A stretch of DNA of 64,000 nt from an uncultured delta proteobacterium (GTDB lineage Bacteria > Myxococcota_A > Polyangia > Polyangiales > B10-G4): the NCBI GenBank assembly GCA_963727445.1, contig CAVSGI010000010.1, positions 992,001-1,056,000 of the forward strand. Direction: 5' to 3'. The position numbers were made by a program, and so were the translations under genes. Below, piece after piece: positions 18,253-27,982 of the stretch; within the stretch, counting starts at the first letter, position 1, and every line of letters starts with the position of its first letter. The notes beneath the pieces were generated by a model. The model ran no database searches, had not been told where the DNA came from, and was given only the letters and a program-made list of their open reading frames with translations.

Positions 18253-19922
18253 CAGAGTGCCTCCTCTCGGCGATGGGCGAAGCGTTCGCTCGCGACGAAC
18301 TCGGTGATGAGCGCTCCGAGGTCGTGGCCGTTGTCCGCGAAGATGGTGACGAGCTCGTCGACCGCCGCGCTCTCCACACCCTTGGCGGAGCGCCCGATGG
18401 CGAAGCTGTAGAGCTGCTCCATCGCGCAGCTCTCGATGTACCCGTCGGCGACCAGGATGTCGGCCAGCTCGGCGGGGCCGTTGAAAGGCGTTCCGTCCGG
18501 CAGGTTGCCGTCACCGTCGATGACGCACTCGGGGCGGCCCTCGTCGTGCTCGCGGAACACGCCGGCCATGTCGTAGTTCTCGAGCCCGAAGCCGATCGGG
18601 TCCATCTGGTCGTGGCAGCCCGCGCAGCCGGCGGAGGCGCGATGCGCCGCGTAGCGGTCGTACTTGCAGTCGTCGGGCGACGAGCCGGAGGGCGCCTGGT
18701 CCACGTTGACCGTGGCGGGCGGCGGCGGGATGACCTGACACATGAGGCGCGTGCGAATGAGGATGCCGCGCTGGGTGGGGCTGGTATCGGCGAACTTGGC
18801 GAAGGCCGACAGCACCGCGCCGTGGGAGAGGATCCCCGCGCGACCGCTGTCACCGTAGGGGACCCAGCCCTCCCCGCCCGAGGGGGCGGGCAGGCCGTAA
18901 TGCGCCGCGAGATCGTCGTTCAGGTAGGTCTCGTCGAAGGTGAAGAGGTTCGTGTAGTCCTGCGGCTCCTCGAAGACGACGCGATCGATGAGCGCGCTGG
19001 TCTCCATGGAGAAGTTCGCCACCAGCGCCGCGTCGTGCGGGATGATGCGGTAGCCCAGCCACATGGCGTGAAAGCGTCGCAGCTGATCGCGGGCCCGCGG
19101 GTCGGCGAGCATGCGGGCGACGGCGGTTCGGCGCCCCTCCTCGGTGACGAGCGCCCCCGAGGCGGCCTCGCCGAGGAGCGTCGCGTCGGGCGTCGAGGCC
19201 CAGAGGAAGTAGCTCATCCGGCTCGCGATCTCGTAGCCGTCGAGGGCGAACACTCCATCCTGATCGGTGGGCGTGCCCAGCTCGATGCGATACTGGAATT
19301 CCGGGTCCTGGAGGATGGCTCGGATCACCAGCCCGATCCCCGTGTAGAAGTCGTTGTCGACTTCGGCGATGTCCTCGGTGCTGAAGGCCTGGAGCGTCAT
19401 GTACCGCGTGATCTCCTCTTCGGTGATCGGGCGGCGGAAGGCCTTCGGGGCGAAGTCTTCGATGAACGCGCGGAAGCAATCGGTGTCGCCCGGGCCGGTG
19501 GGCGTGCAGGGGACGATCGCGTCGCGGATCGTCGTATCGCTCATGGCGTTGTTGGCGACGTCGGTCGCCCAGATCTCGACAGAGGTGATCAGGTTCTCCG
19601 ACGCCATCTGGAGCGTGTAGTCGTTGTCGAAGGGCTGGAAGGGGTCGGCGAGGAGCATCGCGGTCGCCTCACGCCGGTCGTCGCCGAGGAGATCGCGGAT
19701 GGTGTTGTCGAGCTCGTGGGTCGTGAGGCGACGTGCGCCGCTCTCGGAGGCGTAGTCCGCGGTGACCGGTCCGACCGTGCCGGGTGGACGAACGGGTGGA
19801 CCGTCGCCGCCTCCAGGCTCGAGAACCTGGCCCACGCAGGCGCCGATGCCCGCCAGTGTGATGATGATCGCCAGGTCCAGAAGGTTTCTCCTGAACGCCG
19901 GCTCCTCTGCCCGCTTCTCCAT
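18252..19922 (-). CDS. DUF1592/DUF1588/DUF1585 family heme protein
   Basis: RRLT..ELDNTIRDLLG, EIASRMSYFLWASTPD, RAGILSHG, TSPTQRG, CAGCH..DPIGFGLENYD; coupled to the DUF1552 gene. Confidence 0.9.
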   Translation of the reverse strand: MEKRAEEPAFRRNLLDLAIIITLAGIGACVGQVLEPGGGDGPPVRPPGTVGPVTADYASESGARRLTTHELDNTIRDLLGDDRREATAMLLADPFQPFDNDYTLQMASENLITSVEIWATDVANNAMSDTTIRDAIVPCTPTGPGDTDCFRAFIEDFAPKAFRRPITEEEITRYMTLQAFSTEDIAEVDNDFYTGIGLVIRAILQDPEFQYRIELGTPTDQDGVFALDGYEIASRMSYFLWASTPDATLLGEAASGALVTEEGRRTAVARMLADPRARDQLRRFHAMWLGYRIIPHDAALVANFSMETSALIDRVVFEEPQDYTNLFTFDETYLNDDLAAHYGLPAPSGGEGWVPYGDSGRAGILSHGAVLSAFAKFADTSPTQRGILIRTRLMCQVIPPPPATVNVDQAPSGSSPDDCKYDRYAAHRASAGCAGCHDQMDPIGFGLENYDMAGVFREHDEGRPECVIDGDGNLPDGTPFNGPAELADILVADGYIESCAMEQLYSFAIGRSAKGVESAAVDELVTIFADNGHDLGALITEFVASERFAHRREEAL

Positions 19923-20077
19923 CGCACCACCCGTCCCGCTGATGGCTGAAGGATTAAGTGTAGGCCAAGGTGTGAGGATCCGCAGAGGAATTTCGCTTTA
20001 AGCAACGATTCCACGCCCCAAGGTTGGTCCAACCACCAACCACCCAAGCTCGGACGCGTTGACTACAATCCGCGGCG

Positions 20078-21049
20078 GTGGCGGAAGAGGAAGAGGAAGT
20101 CGGCGGCGAAGAGGGAGGCAGCGAATGGCTCGGGCAGGGCTTCGCGCTGCTGTTGGTCTGCGCTCTGATCGGGCTGGTCGTGTGGTTCGCGCGCGGCTAC
20201 GACGCCAACCCCGACGTCGGATTCGTTGGCGATGCCGGAGCGGACGACGCCACCGCCGCTCACGACGCCACCGCCGCGCTTGGCGACGCGGTGGTGGCCG
20301 AAGAGGAGCTCGTCGAGGGGCCCGCTGCGAACGAGAACGGGCTCGACACCGCGCTCTTCGGCGCGCTCGTGACGTCGAGCGAAGGGACACCGCTGTCGCT
20401 GGAGCAGGGCTGCGTGCTCCGCGTCACGCTCACACCCGCGCCGACCATCGCGAGGGTGCGCCTCGACTGCGAAGGCTACCGCTACGAGTCGGCCACCTTC
20501 GACCGCGCGATCGGCGTCGTGCAAGAAGCCGTCTCCCCCGCCGGTCCCATCTACACCGTTCAGATCACCACGCCCCAGAACGAAGAGGACCGGCGCATCT
20601 CCGTCGACACGGACGGTGAGCGGATGCTCCTCCTCGACGGCGAAGGACGCGCGGAGCTGGTGGTCGATCAGTGGAGCGCGCCCCGCCCCACGGAGCCCTA
20701 CGACGTCTCGTCCCCCGGAGGCGAGCGGCCGCCCTTCGATCCCGAGGGCTGCACCGTCGAGCGGCGATGGATGGGGAGCGTGCTCCTCGCGGAGCAGGAG
20801 CTCGAGCCGCTCACCGTCTCGTTCCCGGAGGGAGTGGGAATCGACGTGGACCTCTTCGACGCCCGTGCTGGAACGATCGACACGCACCACACGTCCTGTC
20901 GCGACGGCGTGTTCACCATGTCGGGCTCGAGCGCGCGCTACGACGGCGTGCTCGGCCCGCACGGTCGTTCGGTGGTCGGCAACGCGACCTTCGACGGGGA
21001 GCCGGCGCTCTTCTGGCTGGTCGCCGTCCCGGCGCCCGCTACCGAGTGA
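20078..21049 (+). CDS. Hypothetical membrane-anchored protein
   Basis: One N-terminal TM segment, acidic beta-rich remainder; GTG start. Confidence 0.6.
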   Translation: MAEEEEEVGGEEGGSEWLGQGFALLLVCALIGLVVWFARGYDANPDVGFVGDAGADDATAAHDATAALGDAVVAEEELVEGPAANENGLDTALFGALVTSSEGTPLSLEQGCVLRVTLTPAPTIARVRLDCEGYRYESATFDRAIGVVQEAVSPAGPIYTVQITTPQNEEDRRISVDTDGERMLLLDGEGRAELVVDQWSAPRPTEPYDVSSPGGERPPFDPEGCTVERRWMGSVLLAEQELEPLTVSFPEGVGIDVDLFDARAGTIDTHHTSCRDGVFTMSGSSARYDGVLGPHGRSVVGNATFDGEPALFWLVAVPAPATE

Positions 21050-22106
21050 AGTCGAACACCTCGGGGCGGGCGTGGTCGAGGCAGCCCGCCGCCGCCCAGA
21101 GGTCCTTCGCCGATAGGTCCATCACCAGGGCTCCGCAGGTCTTCACGGCGTGCGGCGCCTCGGGAGTCGCGAGGTGGGCGCACACGCTCCGCGGGTAGCC
21201 GTCGTGGCTCCCGAGGCGCTGCCACATGTCCCGCCGGCTCTCGATCGCACGCTCGGCGATGCTCGAGGTGAGCCAATCGTAGCGGATGTGGGTGGTCGAC
21301 TCTGGGGTGCTTCGGTGCACCGCTGCCATCTCCGGGTCGAGGCAGTGATTCGTGTGCACGTACGAAGAAGCGCCGCCCTCGTAGACGACCTTCTCCTTGT
21401 GGCCGCTGGTCTCGATCCCGTAGGCGGTGTCGCCCTTCGCGACGAGGTAGTGATGGCCGCTCCCGAGGGGGCTCTTCAGGATCACGTCGCGACCTTCTTC
21501 GGCCGTGCGCTCCGCCAGCACCCGCCGCACGAGCGCCGGCCAGACGATGCCCACCTTGGCGTCGAGGCTCTTCAGGTTGTTGATGGTGATGGCGAGCCCC
21601 TCGGCGTTCATCCCCGTCATGCCGAGACAGCCGGTGATGGTGAAGACCCACGCCGCGGGGACCTCTGCCCGCGCCGGCACGCGCAGCATCATCACGTAGG
21701 GCTCCGCGGAGCCGTGCATGTCCCAGGTCTGGCCGAGCAGTGGTCCACCCGCCGAGCGCGCGAAGACCGCGGAGCAGTCCTCCTCCGCCGGCGCGTCGGG
21801 AGCTGCGGGCACGATGTCCCGCAGATCGGTGTAGTGGTTGAGGACGACGATCCGCGCCGGCTCGACGCCCGAGCCTTCGGCGATGCCGAGGAGCTCTTCC
21901 GAGAGGTCCGGGCTCTCTTCGGCCAACACCGGCAGGTGCTCGGCGGCGACCGCGAGGATCTGTGCTTCGGTGGTGAACGCTCCGAGCGTCTTCACCAGAC
22001 CGAGGCGGATCTCCGCGATCTCGGCGATCATCGGCGCGAAGGCCTCTCCGTGCGCCCGGCCCCAGTCCCGGGGCGAGGCGCCATCGGGTAGCTCGAAGAC
22101 CTTCAC
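21039..22106 (-). CDS. C45 family peptidase/acyltransferase (Ntn hydrolase)
   Basis: WGRAHGE, ELLGIAEGSG, DCSAV (nucleophile Cys), GQTWD, GMNAEGLAITINNL, HTNH; GTGA overlap with the fusion gene stop. Confidence 0.88.
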   Translation of the reverse strand: MKVFELPDGASPRDWGRAHGEAFAPMIAEIAEIRLGLVKTLGAFTTEAQILAVAAEHLPVLAEESPDLSEELLGIAEGSGVEPARIVVLNHYTDLRDIVPAAPDAPAEEDCSAVFARSAGGPLLGQTWDMHGSAEPYVMMLRVPARAEVPAAWVFTITGCLGMTGMNAEGLAITINNLKSLDAKVGIVWPALVRRVLAERTAEEGRDVILKSPLGSGHHYLVAKGDTAYGIETSGHKEKVVYEGGASSYVHTNHCLDPEMAAVHRSTPESTTHIRYDWLTSSIAERAIESRRDMWQRLGSHDGYPRSVCAHLATPEAPHAVKTCGALVMDLSAKDLWAAAGCLDHARPEVFDFTR

Positions 22107-25100
22107 TCGAGCGCCTCGAGCAAGGCCTGCCGGAAGGTGGATGCCGCGCTCACGCCGAGATCGTAGGGCGGAACCACGGCGAAGCAACCGTTCGGGAACA
22201 CGCGAACCCGGTGCGCACGCTCCATCAGCGATTCGGCGATCTTCTTGGTGTGCTCTGCCGCCTCGACGACGCGATAGAGGCCGCGGCCGCGAACGGCCAG
22301 GCCCGCGTCGCGCGCCGGCCCGAGCGCCTCGTCCCATGCGCTCGCGAGCTCCGCGACGTCCACGTGACGCGCCGCGCGGAGCTGGTGGTGGGCGCGGATC
22401 AGGCTGAGCTCGTCCCCGTCCCAGGTGGAGACCATGGTCAGCGCAGTGGGTACGAAGTAGCGGTCGTCGCAATGCACGAAGCCGATCTGCCCACCGGCCC
22501 ACCACGACAGGGTGTTGGGCATGAAGTCGAGCTGGCTCGAAGCGAAGGCGCCGTCGCCCGAGCGGTAGCACCCGGTCGAGGTCTCCACGAAACCCACGGG
22601 CACGTCGAGCTCGTCCCGGAGCGCGTCGAGCACCTCGAGGTACTCGGCGGAGAGCACCCTGCCCGTCCGCTCCTGCACCGGCTCGACGAAGAAGCCGATG
22701 ACCGCCTCGGCCCCACCCGCCTCGTTGATCGCGGCGTGAAGCGCTTCGATCGATGCGTCGACCCCGACATCCTCGGGGTGCGGCACCCGGCGCCAGCGCG
22801 AGAAGTAGCCCGGCCCTTGACGGTGGACGCGCGGATCGCTGATGGAGCGCGCCGCGCCGGTGGTGTGTCCGACGTAGCCGCCCTCGAGCCCCAGCACCAC
22901 CTGACCGTCCGGCCGATGGAAACGAAGCGCGCGGACCGCCTTGTCGAAGGCCTCGTCACGGCTCGAGGTCAGATACATGTGCGGCATCTGCGGCAACAGC
23001 GCGTCGACGTGCTCGACGGCGCGCACGATCGAAGGCGTCACGTAGTTCATGACCGTGATCTTGTTGACCGTCGGCCCGTAGAGCAGGCCCGACTGCGCCG
23101 CGGCGCGGAGCGACGCGGGCGGCTCCCAAAACGGACGGCTGATCCCTCCGGCGAGGTCGATGAACGCCTGCTCCGGCTCCCTTCGCGTCACCGGGTCCGG
23201 CGCGAACGGACCCACGGGGATGCGGTAATAGATCGCCTCGGCTTCGGGGTCCTGGTAGGCGCCGATGAAACGGAAGAGCTCGTAGGCGCCGAGCTCGATG
23301 TTCACGTGCATCATCGCTTCGGTCTTGCCAGCGCGGTTGCGGCTGGTGGCATGACGGTAGCGGCGCGCTTCGTCCTCGGTGCGCATCTTCGCCGCCTCCT
23401 CGAGCATCATCATCTTGAGGCGCTTGCCGATGCCGAATCCGCGGTAGCTCGGGTCGACGGTGAGGGCGATCGAGTAGAGCGTGTTGTTCTTGCCGAGCAT
23501 CGGATCGCGGTCCGGCCCGGCGAGATCGCGGAAGCGCTCGAGGGGCGCGGCGAGGGCGCTACCCACCAGCACCCACTCCTCACCGTCGTGAGCCTCGGCC
23601 ACGATGGCGACGCCGTCGGGATCTTCGAAGCCCAGCGCCAGCCGCTCCGGGGGATCGCGCCGCACCGGCTCGTAGACCCGCTCCTCCATCAAGAGCACCC
23701 GCGCCAGCATCTCCTCGCGCTCGCGACTCTGGACGCGGCGAAAGCGCAGCTCCGGGGCTTCGCGCTCGTCGGGATGGTCGCGATGGCCGAGGCGCGTCCG
23801 GGGCAGGTCCTCCCACTTGGGCGGCGTCTTGCCGGGATGCGCCTCGAGCCAGGAGAGCGTCCGGCGCATGGTGTCGAAGAGGAGATCGAGCTCTTCGTCG
23901 TCGTAGCTCGTCGACAGCCGGTAGCGCACGGTCTTGGTGCCAGCGCCGAAGACCACCGCGCCGCGCCAGAAGCGCTGCGAGAGGTACGCCATCAGGTGAT
24001 CGGTGCTCGGGAGATCGAAGGCGACCGCGTAGCCGGTGTTGCGCGGGTGGCGCACCAGCTCCGGGAATCGCCGCGAGAGATCCTCGAGGCGCTTGCGCAC
24101 GTCGGCCTCGATCCACGCCGAGGCGTCGTCGGCCACCTCGTCGGCGTGGGCCAGACCGCGCACGCAGGAGGCGGCGTGGGAGCTCGTCGGCTCCGGATCC
24201 TCGAAGCGGCTCATCACCACGCCGACCTGGGCGCGCTTGGCGAAGCACACGCAGTCGGGGCCGTCCGGGTTGCCGTCGAGGGCCACCAGCTCGAAGCGGT
24301 GATGCCAGGCGAAGCTGCCGCCCAGACCGAAGCCGCACTGCACCTCGTCCATGATCAGCGGCACGCCGTGGTGACGCGTCAACAGGCGCAGCGCACGATG
24401 GAAGCGTGCCGTCGAGTAGCGATCGCCGCCCTCGCTCTGCATCGGCTCGATCATCACGGCGAAGTACTCGCCGGTCACGAGGGCGTCGTGTACCGCCGAG
24501 AGCGCGCGGATCTCCTCCGCGAGGAGCGCGTCGCCCATCGCGCCCCAGGTGCTCGCCGCTTCCTCGAGGCGCCCCTTGGCCACGGTGCCGAGGTAGTCGG
24601 GCGGCGCCGCCGGCTCACCGCCGTGGGGCGTCCACCACACCGGATAGGGAGCGTAACTCACCTCGTGACCGGCGATCTCGAAGGGAGCGCGCTTCTTGGG
24701 ATTGAAGCTGGCGTGGAGCGACAGGAGCGTGCGCCCGTGAAAGCTTCCCTCGAAGGCGAGGATCTTCCGCTGGCGCTCGGATCGTGCGCGCTGCCGACAG
24801 AGCGCGAGCGCCTTCTCGTTGGCTTCGGCGCCGCTGTTGACGAAGCTGACGAAGGGCAGCCCCGGCACCAGGTCGCGCAGCAGGCTGGCATAACGTTGGA
24901 GCGCTTCGTTTCCGCCGAGGGAGGTGTCGTCCGCCGACAGGATGGTGTCGCCGAAGCCGCCCTCCACGTAGCGCCGCACCACGGGCCCCTCTGCGAAGCC
25001 GCCGACCAGCGTCGCCGTCTGGCTCATCCCGTCGAGCACCGAGAGCGGCTCGTCGTCCACCGAGACCATCCACGGACCGACCGACCGCAGGTGATCGAAG

Positions 25101-26761
25101 ACGCCCGGCTTCTTCTCGCGCACCACGCGCCCGCCCGCGTAGAGCCGGTCGAGCCAGCGGCGCGACTCCGGCAGGTGCCCCCCCGAAGGCCGCACCGTCT
25201 TGAGAGGACGCGGGTGCGCGGCGAGGGTCCGCTGCGCCTCCTCCGCCTCCTCTTCGGCGTGGCGCGCATCGAGGGCGTCGAGATCCGGCGCGATCAGGTT
25301 CTTGGCGAGCTTGGGATCGAGCGTGAAGGCGCCGGGGAGGTTCTCCTGGATCGCCACCGGGATCGTCAGGTTGCGATGCGCGTATCCGCCGGCCGGCCGG
25401 AAGTTGCCAGCGCTGCCGATACCGCCGAAGGGCAAGCGGGGGCTCGCCTGGTTGGTGCTGCGATTCCAGTTGAGGATCGCCACCGGCGTCTGATCGAAGT
25501 AGCGGTCGAAGGCCTCTCGGCTCGCGGTGAAGACGCTGTGGGCCAGTCCCACCGGCGCCGCGCGGAGCGCCGCGATCGCCTCGTCGTCGCTCTCGAAGCT
25601 CTCGACGTGCACGTCTGGCCCGAAGAGCTCGACGTTCGTATAGCCATCGATGTCGTGCACGCCGTGCGGGAGCACGTGCAGGCGCGGCGCGATGAAGTTG
25701 CCGCCTTCGGGCGCCTTTCCACGGGCGACCACTTCGGCTCCGGCCGCCTCCGCCTTCTCCATCGCGGTGCGCAGCTTCTGGGCGCCGCCCGCGGTGGCGA
25801 GGGGACCAGCGAACGCTTCGGGATCGTCGGGGACGCCGTAGCGAAGCCCATCGACCAGGGGGATCAGCGCCTCCATCAGACGGTCGCGGACGGAGGCATG
25901 GACCAGGACGCGATCGGTGCAGGTGCAGCGCTGGCCGCTGGTCAGATAGCCGCCCACCACGATCTCGTGCGCCGCCTGCCGGATGTCCGCATCCTCGCGA
26001 ACGACGCAGGTGTTCTTCCCGCCCATCTCGAGGGCCACCAGGACCTCCGGCCGATCGAGGAGCGCCTCGAGGATGCGCCGGCCGGTGGGCCACGACCCGG
26101 TGAAGGCGAGCGCACGCAGCGGCTCTGCGGCGAGGAGCGCAGCGCCCGCGGCGCCGCCTCCCTGCACCACGTTGAGCACGCCCGGCGGCAAGCCGGCGGC
26201 GAGGGCCGCTTCGGCATAGCGCTGGCCGGCGAGGGGCGCGACCTCGCTCGGCTTCATCACGACCGTGTTGCCGAGGAGAAGCGCCGGGACGACGTGCGCG
26301 TGACAGAGGTGAAGTGGGAAGTTGAAGGGCCCGATCACACCGACCACGCCGTGGGGATGGTGACGCAGCACCTCGTTGGGGAACTCGGGCAGCGGGCCGT
26401 CGTGCAGATCTTCGCGGATGCGGCTCTTCACCAGGTCGAAGCGGCCGACGAGGGCGCGGATCTCGGTCTTCGCCTCGGGGCGGAGCTTTCCGACCTCGCG
26501 CACGATGGCGTCGGCCAGCACGTCGGTGCGCTCGCGAATCGCCTCGCGGAAGTGGCCGAGGATCTGGGCGCGCTCGTCGAAGGACATCGCCTTCCAGGCG
26601 GGGAGCGCGTCGGCGGCGGCCGCACACGCTTCACCCATGCGCCCGGGATCCCACTTCGTCTCCAGCACCGGCTCGCCGTCGGTGGGATTGTGGGAGACGA
26701 GGCTCTCGCCCTTGGGCTCGTGGAACTCACCGCCGATGAAGTCGCCGAGGGGTGTGCTCAT
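22103..26761 (-). CDS. Multidomain enzyme: AstD-like aldehyde dehydrogenase + class III aminotransferase + GNAT + degenerate class III aminotransferase
   Basis: ALDH: GPFNFPLHL, KPSE, FTGS, LEMGGKN, GQRCTC. AT1: NSGAEANE, SFHGRT, EPMQSEGGD, DEVQCG, FAKRAQ. GNAT: LTVDPSYRGFGIGKRL. AT2: EPVQERTG, STWDGD. Confidence 0.9.
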   Translation of the reverse strand: MSTPLGDFIGGEFHEPKGESLVSHNPTDGEPVLETKWDPGRMGEACAAAADALPAWKAMSFDERAQILGHFREAIRERTDVLADAIVREVGKLRPEAKTEIRALVGRFDLVKSRIREDLHDGPLPEFPNEVLRHHPHGVVGVIGPFNFPLHLCHAHVVPALLLGNTVVMKPSEVAPLAGQRYAEAALAAGLPPGVLNVVQGGGAAGAALLAAEPLRALAFTGSWPTGRRILEALLDRPEVLVALEMGGKNTCVVREDADIRQAAHEIVVGGYLTSGQRCTCTDRVLVHASVRDRLMEALIPLVDGLRYGVPDDPEAFAGPLATAGGAQKLRTAMEKAEAAGAEVVARGKAPEGGNFIAPRLHVLPHGVHDIDGYTNVELFGPDVHVESFESDDEAIAALRAAPVGLAHSVFTASREAFDRYFDQTPVAILNWNRSTNQASPRLPFGGIGSAGNFRPAGGYAHRNLTIPVAIQENLPGAFTLDPKLAKNLIAPDLDALDARHAEEEAEEAQRTLAAHPRPLKTVRPSGGHLPESRRWLDRLYAGGRVVREKKPGVFDHLRSVGPWMVSVDDEPLSVLDGMSQTATLVGGFAEGPVVRRYVEGGFGDTILSADDTSLGGNEALQRYASLLRDLVPGLPFVSFVNSGAEANEKALALCRQRARSERQRKILAFEGSFHGRTLLSLHASFNPKKRAPFEIAGHEVSYAPYPVWWTPHGGEPAAPPDYLGTVAKGRLEEAASTWGAMGDALLAEEIRALSAVHDALVTGEYFAVMIEPMQSEGGDRYSTARFHRALRLLTRHHGVPLIMDEVQCGFGLGGSFAWHHRFELVALDGNPDGPDCVCFAKRAQVGVVMSRFEDPEPTSSHAASCVRGLAHADEVADDASAWIEADVRKRLEDLSRRFPELVRHPRNTGYAVAFDLPSTDHLMAYLSQRFWRGAVVFGAGTKTVRYRLSTSYDDEELDLLFDTMRRTLSWLEAHPGKTPPKWEDLPRTRLGHRDHPDEREAPELRFRRVQSREREEMLARVLLMEERVYEPVRRDPPERLALGFEDPDGVAIVAEAHDGEEWVLVGSALAAPLERFRDLAGPDRDPMLGKNNTLYSIALTVDPSYRGFGIGKRLKMMMLEEAAKMRTEDEARRYRHATSRNRAGKTEAMMHVNIELGAYELFRFIGAYQDPEAEAIYYRIPVGPFAPDPVTRREPEQAFIDLAGGISRPFWEPPASLRAAAQSGLLYGPTVNKITVMNYVTPSIVRAVEHVDALLPQMPHMYLTSSRDEAFDKAVRALRFHRPDGQVVLGLEGGYVGHTTGAARSISDPRVHRQGPGYFSRWRRVPHPEDVGVDASIEALHAAINEAGGAEAVIGFFVEPVQERTGRVLSAEYLEVLDALRDELDVPVGFVETSTGCYRSGDGAFASSQLDFMPNTLSWWAGGQIGFVHCDDRYFVPTALTMVSTWDGDELSLIRAHHQLRAARHVDVAELASAWDEALGPARDAGLAVRGRGLYRVVEAAEHTKKIAESLMERAHRVRVFPNGCFAVVPPYDLGVSAASTFRQALLEALE

Positions 26762-26810
26762 GGCCCAGCCCTACCAGGCGCCGGCCGCGGGGAAAAGGGT
26801 GAGTCGAGCC

Positions 26811-27404
26811 TCAGAAGGTCGAGCGGAGGTTTACGCCCACCTGACTCGGGGAAATGACGGGAGCGATCGCGAAAGGCGGCGGCTTCTCGTCCTCCGTATC
26901 GGGGGCGAGGAGTGTGGCGATCAAGCCGGCCAACACCAGGGCGAGGCCCGAGGTCTGCAGGACGGCCGAGGCGATGGTCCACCCCGGCCAGGCCCCACCC
27001 CGGCCATCCTCGGGCAAGGTGGCGAGCTGCATGTAAGGCCCCACCACCGGCACCAAAGACCACTCGCGGAAGCTCTCCCACTGAGGATTGTGCTGACACC
27101 CGCTGCCGCCCCCGCCGCCGGAGTAGCCGTAGAAGCCGATGCCGATGCTGCACTCGACCCCCGCGCTGAAGCCTGCGAGGGCGTTGGCGCCCCATCCGCC
27201 GACCAGGAGCGCACCGCCGGCCACCATCATCCACGGGCCGACGACCCCCCGAAGGGAGCGCCGAGCCTGCAACTGTCGACCGGGAACGCGGGAGGGGGCC
27301 GTCAGCGCGGTCGCTCCATCCTTCCATTGCGCGTGCGCGGGCGGGGCGAGGGCGACGACGGAGCTGGCGAGGAGCAGGAAGGAGAATGCGGCTCGAAAGT
27401 GCAT
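26811..27404 (-). CDS. Hypothetical exported/membrane protein
   Basis: Signal peptide ending AHA-Q; hydrophobic segments and a VPVVGPY motif common in myxobacterial proteins. Confidence 0.6.
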   Translation of the reverse strand: MHFRAAFSFLLLASSVVALAPPAHAQWKDGATALTAPSRVPGRQLQARRSLRGVVGPWMMVAGGALLVGGWGANALAGFSAGVECSIGIGFYGYSGGGGGSGCQHNPQWESFREWSLVPVVGPYMQLATLPEDGRGGAWPGWTIASAVLQTSGLALVLAGLIATLLAPDTEDEKPPPFAIAPVISPSQVGVNLRSTF

Positions 27405-27462
27405 GACGAGGGCGTGGGTGCCGCGGCCCTCGGGAGATGGGACGAAAAATCCGTCGGATGGC

Positions 27463-27978
27463 TCAGCGCCGGTTGTCGAGGGGGACGCCGCGGACCCAAT
27501 CGGTACGCTCGAGGCCGTTGCCCTGGTGGCAGCTGATGCAGAAGTCGATGTTGCCGCCCTGTTGGAGGGTGCCGTCGGCGCTGTAGCGGCCCCACCACCA
27601 GTCGGCCGTCGCGGGCACCCCACCAACCGCGCCTTTGACCATCACGGTCAGGCCCTGGCGCGCGCCCGAGGCGTCGAACATCTCCTTGACGATCATGGTG
27701 CTGGTGGGGAACGCGTCGACGGTCGCGGTGGCGTCGGCGGGATCGATCCCGCGATAGGTGTCGAGCCCCTCGAAGGAGACCCACACGCTCACGGCGTTGG
27801 CGGCGTGCTGTGACATGAAGGGCGTGTCGTTCACCTGGGTGAACTCCCCGCTGGTGTCGAAGTCGGCGAGACGCGTGGTGATCGCGGCCTCGTCGAGAGC
27901 GCCACCGGCCATCTCGTTGCTGCAGGCGCTCGCGAAGAGCATCGCCCACAGAGCCCAGATCGCCTTCCCCGTCGTCAT
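27463..27978 (-). CDS. Cytochrome P460/c'-beta family lipoprotein
   Basis: Lipobox ASAC; FPTSTMIVKE, VMVK, DWWWGRY, C-terminal CISCH; SD AAGGAG. Confidence 0.75.
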   Translation of the reverse strand: MTTGKAIWALWAMLFASACSNEMAGGALDEAAITTRLADFDTSGEFTQVNDTPFMSQHAANAVSVWVSFEGLDTYRGIDPADATATVDAFPTSTMIVKEMFDASGARQGLTVMVKGAVGGVPATADWWWGRYSADGTLQQGGNIDFCISCHQGNGLERTDWVRGVPLDNRR

Positions 27979-27982
27979 CGTC

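Noticed and set aside
21039..26761. Beta-lactam biosynthesis (LAT + ALDH + IPN-acyltransferase-like C45)
   Set aside because: No ACV synthetase or IPNS in the window; C45 enzymes are widespread
22211..26857. 1548-aa + strand ORF
   Set aside because: Antisense shadow of the fusion enzyme
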